From: Candidatus Cloacimonadales bacterium
GTDB lineage: Bacteria; Cloacimonadota; Cloacimonadia; Cloacimonadales; DAONDQ01
Length of the DNA stretch: 64,000 nucleotides
Direction of reading: 5' to 3'
NCBI GenBank assembly: GCA_963662275.1
Contig: OY759316.1
Location: 4,000,001-4,064,000, forward strand
Below are positions 10,832-20,594 of this stretch, in pieces (position 1 is the first letter of the stretch; the number at the start of each line of letters is the position of its first letter). Made by a program: the position numbers and the translations under genes. The notes below the pieces were generated by a model. The model had not been told where the DNA came from and ran no database searches. It worked only from the letters and a program-made list of their open reading frames with translations.

Positions 10832-12253
10832 TTACATCAGGTTTTCCGACAATTTGTTCAAAGGAACGATGATTCTTTCCTTCAAGTTGACTTGGAAAAC
10901 ATAGAAGAAGCTCTGATCTAAAGTATATAAATCATACCTGGCTTCATACTTATATGAACCGGAAGAATGCAGGATTTTCCATCCCGAATCTTTGACATTA
11001 TCTGCTTTATTTGTTAATAAGAGTATTTTCTTTTTTGCTTGAATTGCACGAGTGAGCTTTCCACCTTGATATCCTGTGATAATTCGATAGGCAAAAGTTT
11101 CCGGATTCTTTTCTGCTTCGATGATATTGGAAACGAGAAATATACGTCGACTGTATTCATCAAGATGATCAAGCTCATAGGCTCGCTGATAATTGGACAA
11201 TGCCTCCCTGAATTTGCGGTTTGATTCTAATTGTTCACCTTCCTTGATTAAATCAACGGCATAATCTATGTTATGCCTGGTTGTTTTAGCATCCTGGATC
11301 AGTTTAATTGCTAAAGGATAATCTGGAATAATCTTGAAAGTTTCCTGAAAATATTTGATGGCTTCTTCAAAATTACGCTTTCTAACTTCACTATTGCCTT
11401 TATCGATGTAGATACCGGCAATGGTTCTTAACTTTTGATCAGCGATTTCCTTCTTGTCAGAATTGTATTGAACCGCAAGCATCAGATTTTTAACAGCATC
11501 CAAGTATTTCACAGTCTGAATATCAGAATCAGCTTGTGACATATAGATGTTTGATATTTCATTTTCAATTATCTGTTTGTCACCAACAGGATACTTCCTA
11601 ATTTCGAAAAGCGTTGTTAAAGCAGTGTCGTATTCATGCTTTTTCCCAATTTCAACTGCTTCTGCTACATATTGAGTAATAAAGGGACCAATCAGTGGGC
11701 GCGCTTCAATTTCCATTTGACTATCCGGGAATCTATTATAGAGAACCATATATACTTGCCAGGCTTTTTTACCGTCATGATATGTATCCAATGAAATTCT
11801 GATCTTCCTGAGAAGAATATCAGGAACAAGCTCAGAACTGGGTATTTCATTTACAATAAGATCATAATATAGCAATCCATTGGATATGTCCTGTGACTGG
11901 AAAGCATTCTCGGCAAGCTGGTAATAACACTTATCAAGCAGATGATCAGCTTCTTCTGAGTTGGCTAAAATTAATAAGCGAATTGCCAGTTTCCAGTTTT
12001 TCCTTTCTACTGAAAGCTTTCCTAAATTAAAATAAGCTTCAGAACGATCCAGTTCAGCTCGCGTGATAAAAGCTCCATTCTTCGCAGTTCTGATATATTC
12101 ATCAAGAGCTTCAATAGCTCCTGCATAATTATTGGTTAGATAAAGACTATGCGCACGATTATAACGACTCGTCTCGCATCCCGTGAGGGAAATGACGAGT
12201 AACAATAGGAAAAGTAGCTTTTTACAGTATGAGATCTTACGTTTCATCAGCAT
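10832..12253 (-). CDS. Tetratricopeptide-repeat lipoprotein
   Basis: Lipobox LTGC and repeated TPR-like helices (e.g. NFEEAIKYFQETFKIIPDY). Confidence 0.75.
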   Translation of the reverse strand: MLMKRKISYCKKLLFLLLLVISLTGCETSRYNRAHSLYLTNNYAGAIEALDEYIRTAKNGAFITRAELDRSEAYFNLGKLSVERKNWKLAIRLLILANSEEADHLLDKCYYQLAENAFQSQDISNGLLYYDLIVNEIPSSELVPDILLRKIRISLDTYHDGKKAWQVYMVLYNRFPDSQMEIEARPLIGPFITQYVAEAVEIGKKHEYDTALTTLFEIRKYPVGDKQIIENEISNIYMSQADSDIQTVKYLDAVKNLMLAVQYNSDKKEIADQKLRTIAGIYIDKGNSEVRKRNFEEAIKYFQETFKIIPDYPLAIKLIQDAKTTRHNIDYAVDLIKEGEQLESNRKFREALSNYQRAYELDHLDEYSRRIFLVSNIIEAEKNPETFAYRIITGYQGGKLTRAIQAKKKILLLTNKADNVKDSGWKILHSSGSYKYEARYDLYTLDQSFFYVFQVNLKERIIVPLNKLSENLM

Positions 12254-12481
12254 GTTTTACCTTATTCTTAGGTTATCCTTGTAATTTTCATTCTTAATTA
12301 AACTCATCATGATCAGCTATTTTTTACTGAATCTCATAATAATATATTTCTTCTTATTTTAAATGCAATATGTCAATGTTTAAATACTCGATTTTTCCTT
12401 TTAACAGGCTAAGCCCCATCCAAAGTTGATTATGAACAGTCTAGCCCAACTAATTAAACCTAATTTTGCATAATTTCATAG

Positions 12482-13576
12482 CTAGGGTTTCTCAACTTTT
12501 TTCTGATTATCCGGAATGACAATAGGTACATTATCCAGCTTTCTCCCAAAAATCAGGAAAGCTGCTGCAAAAACAAAGGTAGCAATTACCAGGAGCGGTT
12601 TTGAACCGATGCGAAATACGATCATCGTTGTGATTACAATGATTAGATTGATAAAATAGATCATGATTGCTGTGATCTTTGTTGAACCCAGTACTGTTTT
12701 GATACGATGAGTCGAATGATCTTTTCCGCCCTGGGTAATACGTCTTCCATCTCGTTTGCGTGTATAGCTCACCAGGGAGATATCAAAAATAGCATAACTG
12801 AGTAATAAAACCGGTAACAAATAAAATAACCTGCTCTGGTGTTGATTCCTGGCATAAAGCGCCATGAGACTTCCCATGGAAGATAGAAAATAACCGATAA
12901 ACATGCTGCCTGCATCACCGAGAAATATCTTCGCTGGATTGAAATTATATGGTAAAAAACCTAGAACTGATCCGGAAAAACTCAAGGACATCAATCCAAT
13001 AAAACCCATTACTCCTGCGTTTACTGTCGTATTCATCTGGCTGAAGGCAAAAAATCCCAATGCTAATATCCCTGCCATTCCACTGATAATACCATCCATA
13101 TTATCCAGGAAATTTAAGGCATTCATCAAACCAACCATCCAGAGAATTAGGATGGGAACTGTGATAAATGCAGAGCCAAACATATTATTCAGATCAGCTA
13201 GCGTAAAATTACTGAAAATGAACATTAAACAGGCTGCTAATTGCCCTGTCAGCTTTACTTTCGGTGCCATACCGAATTTATCGTCAATTACTCCGACAAT
13301 AACTATCAGTAATGCACCACCTAGATACCCTAAAATGGCAGTATCGAAGGTTCTTTCAAAGGCAATCAGAACATCATAAATAGAAAGGAGAATGAAGCCA
13401 ATAAAGACACTCACTCCTCCTAATAAGGGAATGGCAGAAAGATGTATTTTTCTGGCTTCCGGTTTATCAACAAAATTTATATGTATAGCGAATTTGATGA
13501 TAAATGGTGTTAATGCATATACCAATAAAAATGACATGATAAAAACGCTAACATACTCATATATTTGATAAACCAT
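12482..13576 (-). CDS. Undecaprenyl-phosphate GlcNAc-1-phosphate transferase (WecA/TagO, MraY family)
   Basis: DKPEARKIH, GVIDD, NALNFLDNMDG, NFNPAKIFLGDAGS, multiple TM helices. Confidence 0.9.
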   Translation of the reverse strand: MVYQIYEYVSVFIMSFLLVYALTPFIIKFAIHINFVDKPEARKIHLSAIPLLGGVSVFIGFILLSIYDVLIAFERTFDTAILGYLGGALLIVIVGVIDDKFGMAPKVKLTGQLAACLMFIFSNFTLADLNNMFGSAFITVPILILWMVGLMNALNFLDNMDGIISGMAGILALGFFAFSQMNTTVNAGVMGFIGLMSLSFSGSVLGFLPYNFNPAKIFLGDAGSMFIGYFLSSMGSLMALYARNQHQSRLFYLLPVLLLSYAIFDISLVSYTRKRDGRRITQGGKDHSTHRIKTVLGSTKITAIMIYFINLIIVITTMIVFRIGSKPLLVIATFVFAAAFLIFGRKLDNVPIVIPDNQKKVEKP

Positions 13577-13699
13577 TAATGAATTATCCTCTTTCCCTTC
13601 ATATCTAATTCTTATTGTTCAATATATCAGAAGATTGATTCTTGTCAAAAGATTTATCTAATCCCTAACTGAAACTGATACCTTTTGCAAGTGTCTGCT

Positions 13700-13965
13700 C
13701 TGCAAATCCTGCAAGGATGGCAGATAATAGCCCATAGCGTCAGCTATGGGTAACGAAACCCCAAAGACCGTTAGAACCCTGGAAGGGTGACACATTATGC
13801 CGGAACGCTGTTTTCAAACGGCTATGCTCTGCAACTTCGCACTTCCAAAGAACGCACGGGGTGCGTTATGCCACCTCACGGGGTGAGGCGTTCCTGCTCT
13901 GCTTTTTCCCCATTTCTCCCTTTGGATAAAGGGAGATGGCACGAAGTGACAGAGAGTTTGATTGG
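13700..13965. repeat. Intergenic cluster of REP-like palindromes
   Basis: agcccatagc-gtca-gctatgggt hairpin, accctggaagggtgaca, cacctcacggggtg, and tctccctttggataaagggaga (same family as 18361, 31365, 35274, 59812). Confidence 0.6.
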
Positions 13966-13990
13966 CTCTGCAATTTTTAGTTATTAGTTT

Positions 13991-16699
13991 TTATCTTTTA
14001 GTTTGCTTCATCCCTTCCAGCGTCATACTATCCGAAATCACATCATGGCTAATCAGCATATACATCCAAGGTTTGCCACCATTCTTCTGATTATGCTCGG
14101 TAGCATTCTTGCACCATTCTTCAGCAGCTTCTTTTTTTGCCAAAACCTCAGGAGATTCCATCTGGTTACTTGCCTTGGGTTCCAGCATAAGAATGCAATT
14201 ATCAGTCTCAGCTACGAAATCAGGTATGTACTCTTGGGGATCAAGTCCTATTTTGTAGAATATCTGGAATTGACCTTTGGCAGGTCTGAACCACTTCAGT
14301 GATTCTCTATCAAGAATGACAGCAAGCTTACGTTCAGGGTCTGAATCAAACTTCTGAACTTCATATAAGCAATGCTTGAAATCTCCAAACAACATCTGTG
14401 ATATTCGATTCTTATCCTGTACTGCCTGTTGAAAATCAAGAACTGCTTCATCTTCTCGGACGGTATAAGCACTCTGTTTCAATTCCGTGAAGCCTTTTGT
14501 CACCGTGACTTCATAATCAGAAGCCTTTTCCCATTGCTGTTGCTGCATTTGTGAATGAATCAATTCCACGAGTTGCTTTTGGTAATACTGAATCACATTG
14601 CTGATATCGCTATCATCATTGAGATAACTGCCCAAATGCTCCACCATCTGTCCGGCTAAGTCGTAAAGCAGTTCTGACTGTTCATCATAGCAAATATCAT
14701 TAAAGTTCATCAATCCGCGAATAAGATAGTCTTCTAATCTGTTTTCCTGGTATCCGCTATTGATATAACCTATCACTTCCCGCTTTTGCGTACGTAAATG
14801 CTGCAAGAGTATATCTCTTTCCACAGGCTGATAATGCACAGAAGAGCAATCGAGGTCAAAAGGATGATAACCAACCTTCACTTCACCTTTTGGCATCACG
14901 ACAATACGCGGAATATCTATAATTTGTTCTACGTAAATCTTTGTAGCTTGTTTTACTATCCTATTAATATCTGCTATGGCCTCCAGACCGGGAATTTCCA
15001 ATTGGGAAGGCATCAGATACTCTTGCACTTGTTCTGCTATTTTCACCTGAACAGCATCATCCATCAATTTACGTGAATTGGGAAGTTTCTCGTTTTCGAT
15101 AATCACTTTATAGACGATCTTCGCAATTGCCTTTTCAGATTCTTTAGTGAACATCGTGTTATCTGCCGGAAGACCAAATACAGGTGACTGAAGCAGCCTG
15201 GCTACATTCGAAGGAGAAACAACAGTCTTTGTCTTTGCCAAGTTTGTCTTATCATCTAAGTAGATTTGAGTCAGGTGTACCGGTGAATCGGCACGATTCG
15301 CTTCATCAATGATCTCCTGGAACTTATCATGTGCCACTATGCTCAGCCTGTCTATTGCGCTAATCCCTGTGCGTTTGCCATAAGGAAGGCGTAATCCCCT
15401 GCCAATGGATTGCTCAATCAGGACACGTGCATTTGCAGCTCTCAAGGGCACAATTGTATAAAGATTGGTAACATCCCAGCCTTCTTTCAGCATATTGACA
15501 TGAATCACGATCTCTGTGGGTTCATCAGTTCTTTCCACAGCAAGCAGACGGGTAATCATTTCATCTTCTTCAGCACCGGATTTGCTGGAATCCACTTGAA
15601 TCACTTTATCTTTGTATTGCCCTTCAAAGAAATCATCAGATTGTATCTTCTTAATCAATTGCCCTGCATGTGTTGTATCCCTGGCAATAATCAGCATGAA
15701 TGGTTTTACTAATGGCTGACCTGTTTCATGATGATATGTGGCAAGTTCCACTTTGGTATTTTCATGAAGTCGAATCCCATCTTTAAGCTTGATTTCTTCA
15801 AGCTGGTCTTTCGAGAAATTATGTGCAATGAAGTCCTTCTGCGTTGCGACGGCAGGTTCTTTCACGAAACCATCTTCCATTGCTTTAGCTAAATTATTTT
15901 CATAAATGATATTCCTAAATGCTACCGGACCCTTGCCAGTCTCTACATAAGGTGTTGCTGTTAGTTCCAATCCGAGAATTGGCTTTAGCTCGTTAATAGC
16001 CCTAAAACCTGCAGTAGCTCTATAACGATGTGATTCATCCATGATAAGAACAAGATCACCAACATTGGATAAGTATTCGAAATAACTTTGCCCGATACAT
16101 TCTTTGAATCTTTTAATACGTGGAGATTTACCTCCTCGCACTTCTGAATTAATCTTGGAAATATTGAAAATATTGATATGAACAGCTCCCACATCCCTGA
16201 AGGCGACAGTTTGACCTACTAAGTCTGTTCCAATACCTTGTACGGAATAGTTATAATCATCACGCACACCAACCCCGTCTTCGTAATTGTCACCAGTGAT
16301 AATAATAGGCGGTTCCTGGGCAAACTCTGCAATGCCCGCGAACACATATTTAGGAGTATTGGGAGTAAAATCTGCAATCAGTTTGTTGTAGATAGTAAGG
16401 TTAGGAGCTAATACCATGAAATTGCTTTTACCGTGCACAAGATACATATAGCTGATGAATGCCCCCATCAGCCTGGTCTTGCCAACACCTGTTGCCAGGG
16501 CAAAACACATGGAAGGGAAGTCTCGTTCGAAATCAGTGACAGATGGAAATTCACTTTCGATTATTGCTAAATCTTGCTGCAGATCCGTATTCTTGCCAAG
16601 TTTGATGATTTCCGTAATGCGATCAAGAATTTCCAGCGATTGCCTCTGAGGAGGACGAAGGCTCATACGGTTTGAAATAGTATTTACCAAGCGATTCAT
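13991..16699 (-). CDS. Type III restriction enzyme Res-subunit-like helicase/nuclease
   Basis: LATGVGKT, DESH, ELTATP, MLKEGWDV, QSIGRGLR; C-terminal PD-(D/E)xK motif YIPDFV...LEPK. Confidence 0.88.
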   Translation of the reverse strand: MNRLVNTISNRMSLRPPQRQSLEILDRITEIIKLGKNTDLQQDLAIIESEFPSVTDFERDFPSMCFALATGVGKTRLMGAFISYMYLVHGKSNFMVLAPNLTIYNKLIADFTPNTPKYVFAGIAEFAQEPPIIITGDNYEDGVGVRDDYNYSVQGIGTDLVGQTVAFRDVGAVHINIFNISKINSEVRGGKSPRIKRFKECIGQSYFEYLSNVGDLVLIMDESHRYRATAGFRAINELKPILGLELTATPYVETGKGPVAFRNIIYENNLAKAMEDGFVKEPAVATQKDFIAHNFSKDQLEEIKLKDGIRLHENTKVELATYHHETGQPLVKPFMLIIARDTTHAGQLIKKIQSDDFFEGQYKDKVIQVDSSKSGAEEDEMITRLLAVERTDEPTEIVIHVNMLKEGWDVTNLYTIVPLRAANARVLIEQSIGRGLRLPYGKRTGISAIDRLSIVAHDKFQEIIDEANRADSPVHLTQIYLDDKTNLAKTKTVVSPSNVARLLQSPVFGLPADNTMFTKESEKAIAKIVYKVIIENEKLPNSRKLMDDAVQVKIAEQVQEYLMPSQLEIPGLEAIADINRIVKQATKIYVEQIIDIPRIVVMPKGEVKVGYHPFDLDCSSVHYQPVERDILLQHLRTQKREVIGYINSGYQENRLEDYLIRGLMNFNDICYDEQSELLYDLAGQMVEHLGSYLNDDSDISNVIQYYQKQLVELIHSQMQQQQWEKASDYEVTVTKGFTELKQSAYTVREDEAVLDFQQAVQDKNRISQMLFGDFKHCLYEVQKFDSDPERKLAVILDRESLKWFRPAKGQFQIFYKIGLDPQEYIPDFVAETDNCILMLEPKASNQMESPEVLAKKEAAEEWCKNATEHNQKNGGKPWMYMLISHDVISDSMTLEGMKQTKR

Positions 16700-16710
16700 G
16701 TCTTCTCCTT

Positions 16711-16782
16711 ATCAACCAAACGTGTAACTTACCTTTTAGCTTCATTTTGAACTATTCGATATTTTCGAATAGTTTCTTGATT
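16711..16782 (-). pseudogene. Short remnant of a RhuM-family gene
   Basis: Minus strand reads NQETIRKYRIVQNEAKR*VTRLVD, resembling the RhuM-family 'TIRKFRIVQxEGxRxVxR' segment as I recall it, with an in-frame stop. Confidence 0.5.
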
Positions 16783-16789
16783 TCAATTA

Positions 16790-17224
16790 TCAATCTTGGA
16801 TAGCATTCAATATCTTCAATTTTAGTTCTTCATTTTCTTCATTATTCTCAATGATTGCTGTTATAATCTCCCGTAAAAGGTCTTTCCCTATATGCCCTGC
16901 TGCTACATGATAACTGATATTTTCCATAGAGTTAATGAATGTTGCCACTATAAACACATATCCATTCAATAACAGAAACTGAGCACCTAAAGAGATGGCA
17001 ATTCTCTTATTACCGTCAGAGAAACAGTGAAACATACAGGCAGAAAAGACCAAATGCGTTAGTTTATCTTCGAATGTGGGATACCAAACATCGTTTTGAA
17101 TATTTTCCCAAACACTTTCTAACTGACCAGCATTAATAATGCCCAAATCTCCACCACCACTTACCTCAACTGTCAATCGATGCGTTTCTATAGCTTGCTC
17201 TATGGTGATATATGTAATAGACAT
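16790..17224 (-). CDS. Fic/Doc family protein
   Basis: HCFSDGNKR Doc-type motif; start overlaps the upstream stop. Confidence 0.88.
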   Translation of the reverse strand: MSITYITIEQAIETHRLTVEVSGGGDLGIINAGQLESVWENIQNDVWYPTFEDKLTHLVFSACMFHCFSDGNKRIAISLGAQFLLLNGYVFIVATFINSMENISYHVAAGHIGKDLLREIITAIIENNEENEELKLKILNAIQD

Positions 17225-18246
17225 TATTGTCTGTCCTTGAGCCTTTTCATGACATCTTTGGCATCTTCCAATCGATCTTTCAGCTCCTTACTCTTCTCAC
17301 CTAAGAACCTCGCAAATTCTTCTGCCTGCAATGGAGTAATATATTCCTCAAGCTGTAAATGTAAAGCATCACGAAATGCTAAATCCCTGCTTGCCATTTT
17401 GATTCGTGCTTTCTCTACCAGCGGAATCCAGTGAGCTTGTGATTCAAATCTGCGAAAAAGCTCATCAGTTTCCCAAAGTGTTAGCTTTCTTTGAAGTCTA
17501 TCATATTCAGTGTTCAGCACATCAGCAAATCCACATTCATAAGCTGCAATCAAATCCAGAACTTCAGAATAGAAAGTATCACGTATCTTATCATGTTCAT
17601 GTAAACGTAAAATTGCCCTATATTCACTTGCCTTTTCTTTAAAGATACTAACATAAATTCGGTCGGTATAAAGTGGATATTTGAAATTGCCTAAATCCAC
17701 ATAATCACGTAAAGCATCAGTAAATTGTTTCCGATAGTTCTCTTCAACAAACCAGGAATGAAGAAAGTCCTCATCCCTTTGGTTAATGTATTTGGTTCCT
17801 CCACCCGTTCGAGAATTGATTGTGTCTATCACGATATCAAGGATTGCTTGCCTTAGTAATCGTGCCCTTTCACTTTCTACAATAACCATTGCAAGGTTGA
17901 GAAATGACCGGAAGTCAAATATTCCCAATTGAGTGGTATTGATGTTAATGATACCAATTTCGTTAACATCCATTGATTTTGCAATTAACTTAAATGCTGA
18001 TAAGCGTTTACCCCGTAAAACCTCGTAACCGTTTTGCTTAAGTTCATTTTCGTGATTCGCTATGTACGTATCTATTGTTCTCGGTGTAACTTCAAAGAAA
18101 TCGGCAACCTGCTCTTTGATGAATACTATCTTTTCCTCAAAGATAATTCCCTGGATATTAATCGCTTTCTGAATCTCTGATAATGCATACTGGTTATTTA
18201 GTATATTCTGCCGATCAATATTCGAATTTGTTAAATCCTTTGCCAT
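17224..18246 (-). CDS. Putative DNA-binding protein (RhuM-related), partner of the Fic gene
   Basis: N-terminal HTH-like QVADFFEVTPRTI; GGGGGT RBS before MAKDLT; coupled to the Fic gene. Confidence 0.65.
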   Translation of the reverse strand: MAKDLTNSNIDRQNILNNQYALSEIQKAINIQGIIFEEKIVFIKEQVADFFEVTPRTIDTYIANHENELKQNGYEVLRGKRLSAFKLIAKSMDVNEIGIININTTQLGIFDFRSFLNLAMVIVESERARLLRQAILDIVIDTINSRTGGGTKYINQRDEDFLHSWFVEENYRKQFTDALRDYVDLGNFKYPLYTDRIYVSIFKEKASEYRAILRLHEHDKIRDTFYSEVLDLIAAYECGFADVLNTEYDRLQRKLTLWETDELFRRFESQAHWIPLVEKARIKMASRDLAFRDALHLQLEEYITPLQAEEFARFLGEKSKELKDRLEDAKDVMKRLKDRQ

Positions 18247-18360
18247 TTCATTACCCCCGGATGTGTTTGGTATTTTCCCATGCACTTACATATTAAGAAG
18301 ATTTTATCTAACAAATAAAAGAGTCAAGAGGAAATTTTCAACTAAACATCTGTTCTGAAT

Positions 18361-18575
18361 TTCTCCCTTTGGTTAAAGGGAGATGTCATGGAATGACAGA
18401 GAGTTTGATGCTCTGCTCTTCTCTTTTCTCCTTCCTATTTGTAAAGAGAAGGTGGCACGAAGTGTCGGATGAGTTTGATCTATTCTGCTTTTCCATTGTC
18501 CATTTTCCATCTTCCATCTTCCATTCTGCAAGTTCTGCTCTGCTTTCGTACTTCGCACTTCGTACTTCGAACTTC
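18361..18575. repeat. Mosaic of palindromic repeats and two heptamer runs
   Basis: Two TCCCTTTGG..AAAGGGAGA-type hairpins; (TCCATYT)n at 18491-18526; (CTTCGNA)n at 18544-18575. Confidence 0.7.
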
Positions 18576-18862
18576 AAGATAGGTGGCTCTATTTTTGCGA
18601 AGACGTGGCTTTGTTGGAGCGTACGCTATAATCTCTTAGTCCGAAATATCCAACTCTGCTCGTGGCTGTATCTAATTGAAGTATTCATCAGTATGACGAA
18701 ACATTCATTTTTACGACATATCAGGAGTAGAAACTAAAGAAGATTGGTTTATGCTGAATTAACAGGAAACTGAAGAATTTAACAGGAACCTAGTGTTTAA
18801 ATTGAATTATGAAATTGAAAAAGTGACTTGACTTTAAGCAATATTAATTACAGAGTTCTCTA

Positions 18863-19444
18863 TTAGATTGAATCTGACTTGTATTTTCTTAAATAGTCTA
18901 TTACTCTTTGTAAGAACATGTCATCATCTTTAAATCTACCTAATCCGGTATTACAACTATCGCAAATCCACTCTCTGCCTTTTCCCGTGTCATGATCATG
19001 ATCTCTAACCAGGTTTGCAGTTACTCCTACTATAGTGGTTTTCAGACAAATAGGACATTCAAAGACACTTCTAACTTCAGGTTTTAGTTTATCCATTCTT
19101 TTTTTTTCACTTGCAAGTAAATTAGCACCATCAATGTTTTTTCTACAATCCTTACAACTTGGACGTGTAGTTTTGCGGCCTTTTGCATCTGTTTGGTTAA
19201 CATCGAATTCATCTGTGGGTTTTAAAACATGGCAAATATTACAAATTTTAACACTATATCCCTTACCAGTTTGATCTGTATTAATTGGATTAAGTTTTTT
19301 AAGTTCAACTCTCATGATTTTGTTTAATCCAACAAATAAAACCATAGCACATTTGCCATTTAATGCTTTAATAATCCCGACTGAATTTACGACCAAATCA
19401 TCTAACGGAATATTATTAATTACTATATCTTTGATTTTTATCAT
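18863..19444 (-). CDS. Type II restriction endonuclease, Hpy99I-like (beta-beta-alpha-Me/HNH)
   Basis: CNICH, RPSCKDC, CPIC, DHDHDTG, CDSCNTGLGRF zinc/HNH motifs; the whole sequence closely resembles R.Hpy99I as I recall it. Confidence 0.85.
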   Translation of the reverse strand: MIKIKDIVINNIPLDDLVVNSVGIIKALNGKCAMVLFVGLNKIMRVELKKLNPINTDQTGKGYSVKICNICHVLKPTDEFDVNQTDAKGRKTTRPSCKDCRKNIDGANLLASEKKRMDKLKPEVRSVFECPICLKTTIVGVTANLVRDHDHDTGKGREWICDSCNTGLGRFKDDDMFLQRVIDYLRKYKSDSI

Positions 19445-20232
19445 TTAAACAAGCCTAACGCATCTTCTAATCTTTCTTTTGCAATGTTAATATATTCATC
19501 ACTAATATCAACACCGATAAAATTTCTATTGTATAATGCAGCCATTTTGCAGGTTGTGCCAGACCCACACATAGGATCAAACACAATATCTCCTTCATTG
19601 CTCCAAGATAAAATGTGGTCTCGTGCTAAGTTCTCTGGAAATATAGCCGGATGTTTAAAAGCTATTTTATCATTAGTACTACCACCTAGACCTACGGCAT
19701 AAGACCATATATTGCTTAGAGTTTTTTCTGGTTTGAGTTCTTTTAAAATCTTCTTGTTTATCCCGTCAGCTTTTTTGTTATGAACCAGCATTTCCATCCC
19801 ACACCTTACAGTTGGTGCTTTCAAAGGATTGAACGTTTTTGGATTTCCTTTTGAGAGAATAAACATAAATTCATATCCGTTTGTATAAGCATTTGACCGC
19901 ATAAAAGGAGTGTTTTTCTTTGCATAAATCATTACATCGTGAACATTAAATCCAATCTTTTGAAAGTATATACATTGTTTAAAACTAGTTAGTGACTTAT
20001 TGCCATTCTTTATCTTGTCTCCGATTACCCAAACAACTATACCTCCTTTTTTTGTTACATTGAAAAGTCCATCTGCTATCTTTTCGAACTCAAAAACATA
20101 CCCATCATAATCTCTCAAATCATCATAGGGAGGAGAAGTAACAGTAAGATCTATGCTATTCTCCTCCAAATTATTTCTCATAAATTCTACAGAATTAGCT
20201 ACATGAAATCTGTTAATTATGTCTTCTTTCAT
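19441..20232 (-). CDS. Site-specific amino-DNA methyltransferase (beta class, probably N4-cytosine)
   Basis: TSPPY catalytic motif precedes HPAIFP and the DPMCGSGTT SAM-binding motif; ATGA overlap with the endonuclease. Confidence 0.92.
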   Translation of the reverse strand: MKEDIINRFHVANSVEFMRNNLEENSIDLTVTSPPYDDLRDYDGYVFEFEKIADGLFNVTKKGGIVVWVIGDKIKNGNKSLTSFKQCIYFQKIGFNVHDVMIYAKKNTPFMRSNAYTNGYEFMFILSKGNPKTFNPLKAPTVRCGMEMLVHNKKADGINKKILKELKPEKTLSNIWSYAVGLGGSTNDKIAFKHPAIFPENLARDHILSWSNEGDIVFDPMCGSGTTCKMAALYNRNFIGVDISDEYINIAKERLEDALGLFK

Positions 20233-20594
20233 TTGTTAGTTCCCATTTTAAATTTATCGCCTCATGTTGTTTTTACAATCACAGATTCATGATTGGAAAA
20301 CTCAATCTTGCCTGGCAAATATTATTCAAATAATGAAGTTCTCCTTATTTCTGTCAAGCTTAATCCAATGAATCGCACTCCACTCATTTTGTATTCAGCT
20401 ATCCCTGGCAGGTTGCTCTCCAGCAGAGCCTGCTTACGTTTCACTGAACGGGATAATCTTTGTTTATTGCATTTCAAAGTCAACCCATTTTGTGTTACAT
20501 GATGCTATTTATTATGAGGCTCTTAGTTCCGAATTAGGTGGCTCTGTTGGAGCGTACACTATGCTCTCGCTTCTAAATATACACTAGTCATCAA

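Noticed and set aside
18369..18737. Small ORFs such as ...WKMENGQWK... and similar ones at 1050, 13787, 29188, 29704, 35031 and 42679
   Set aside because: They are translations of heptamer/REP repeats or overlap rnpB, with no RBS or domain support.
19441..20232. This methyltransferase as the Mod partner of the Res gene
   Set aside because: At 263 aa it is too short for a type III Mod with a target-recognition domain, and it is coupled to its own type II endonuclease.
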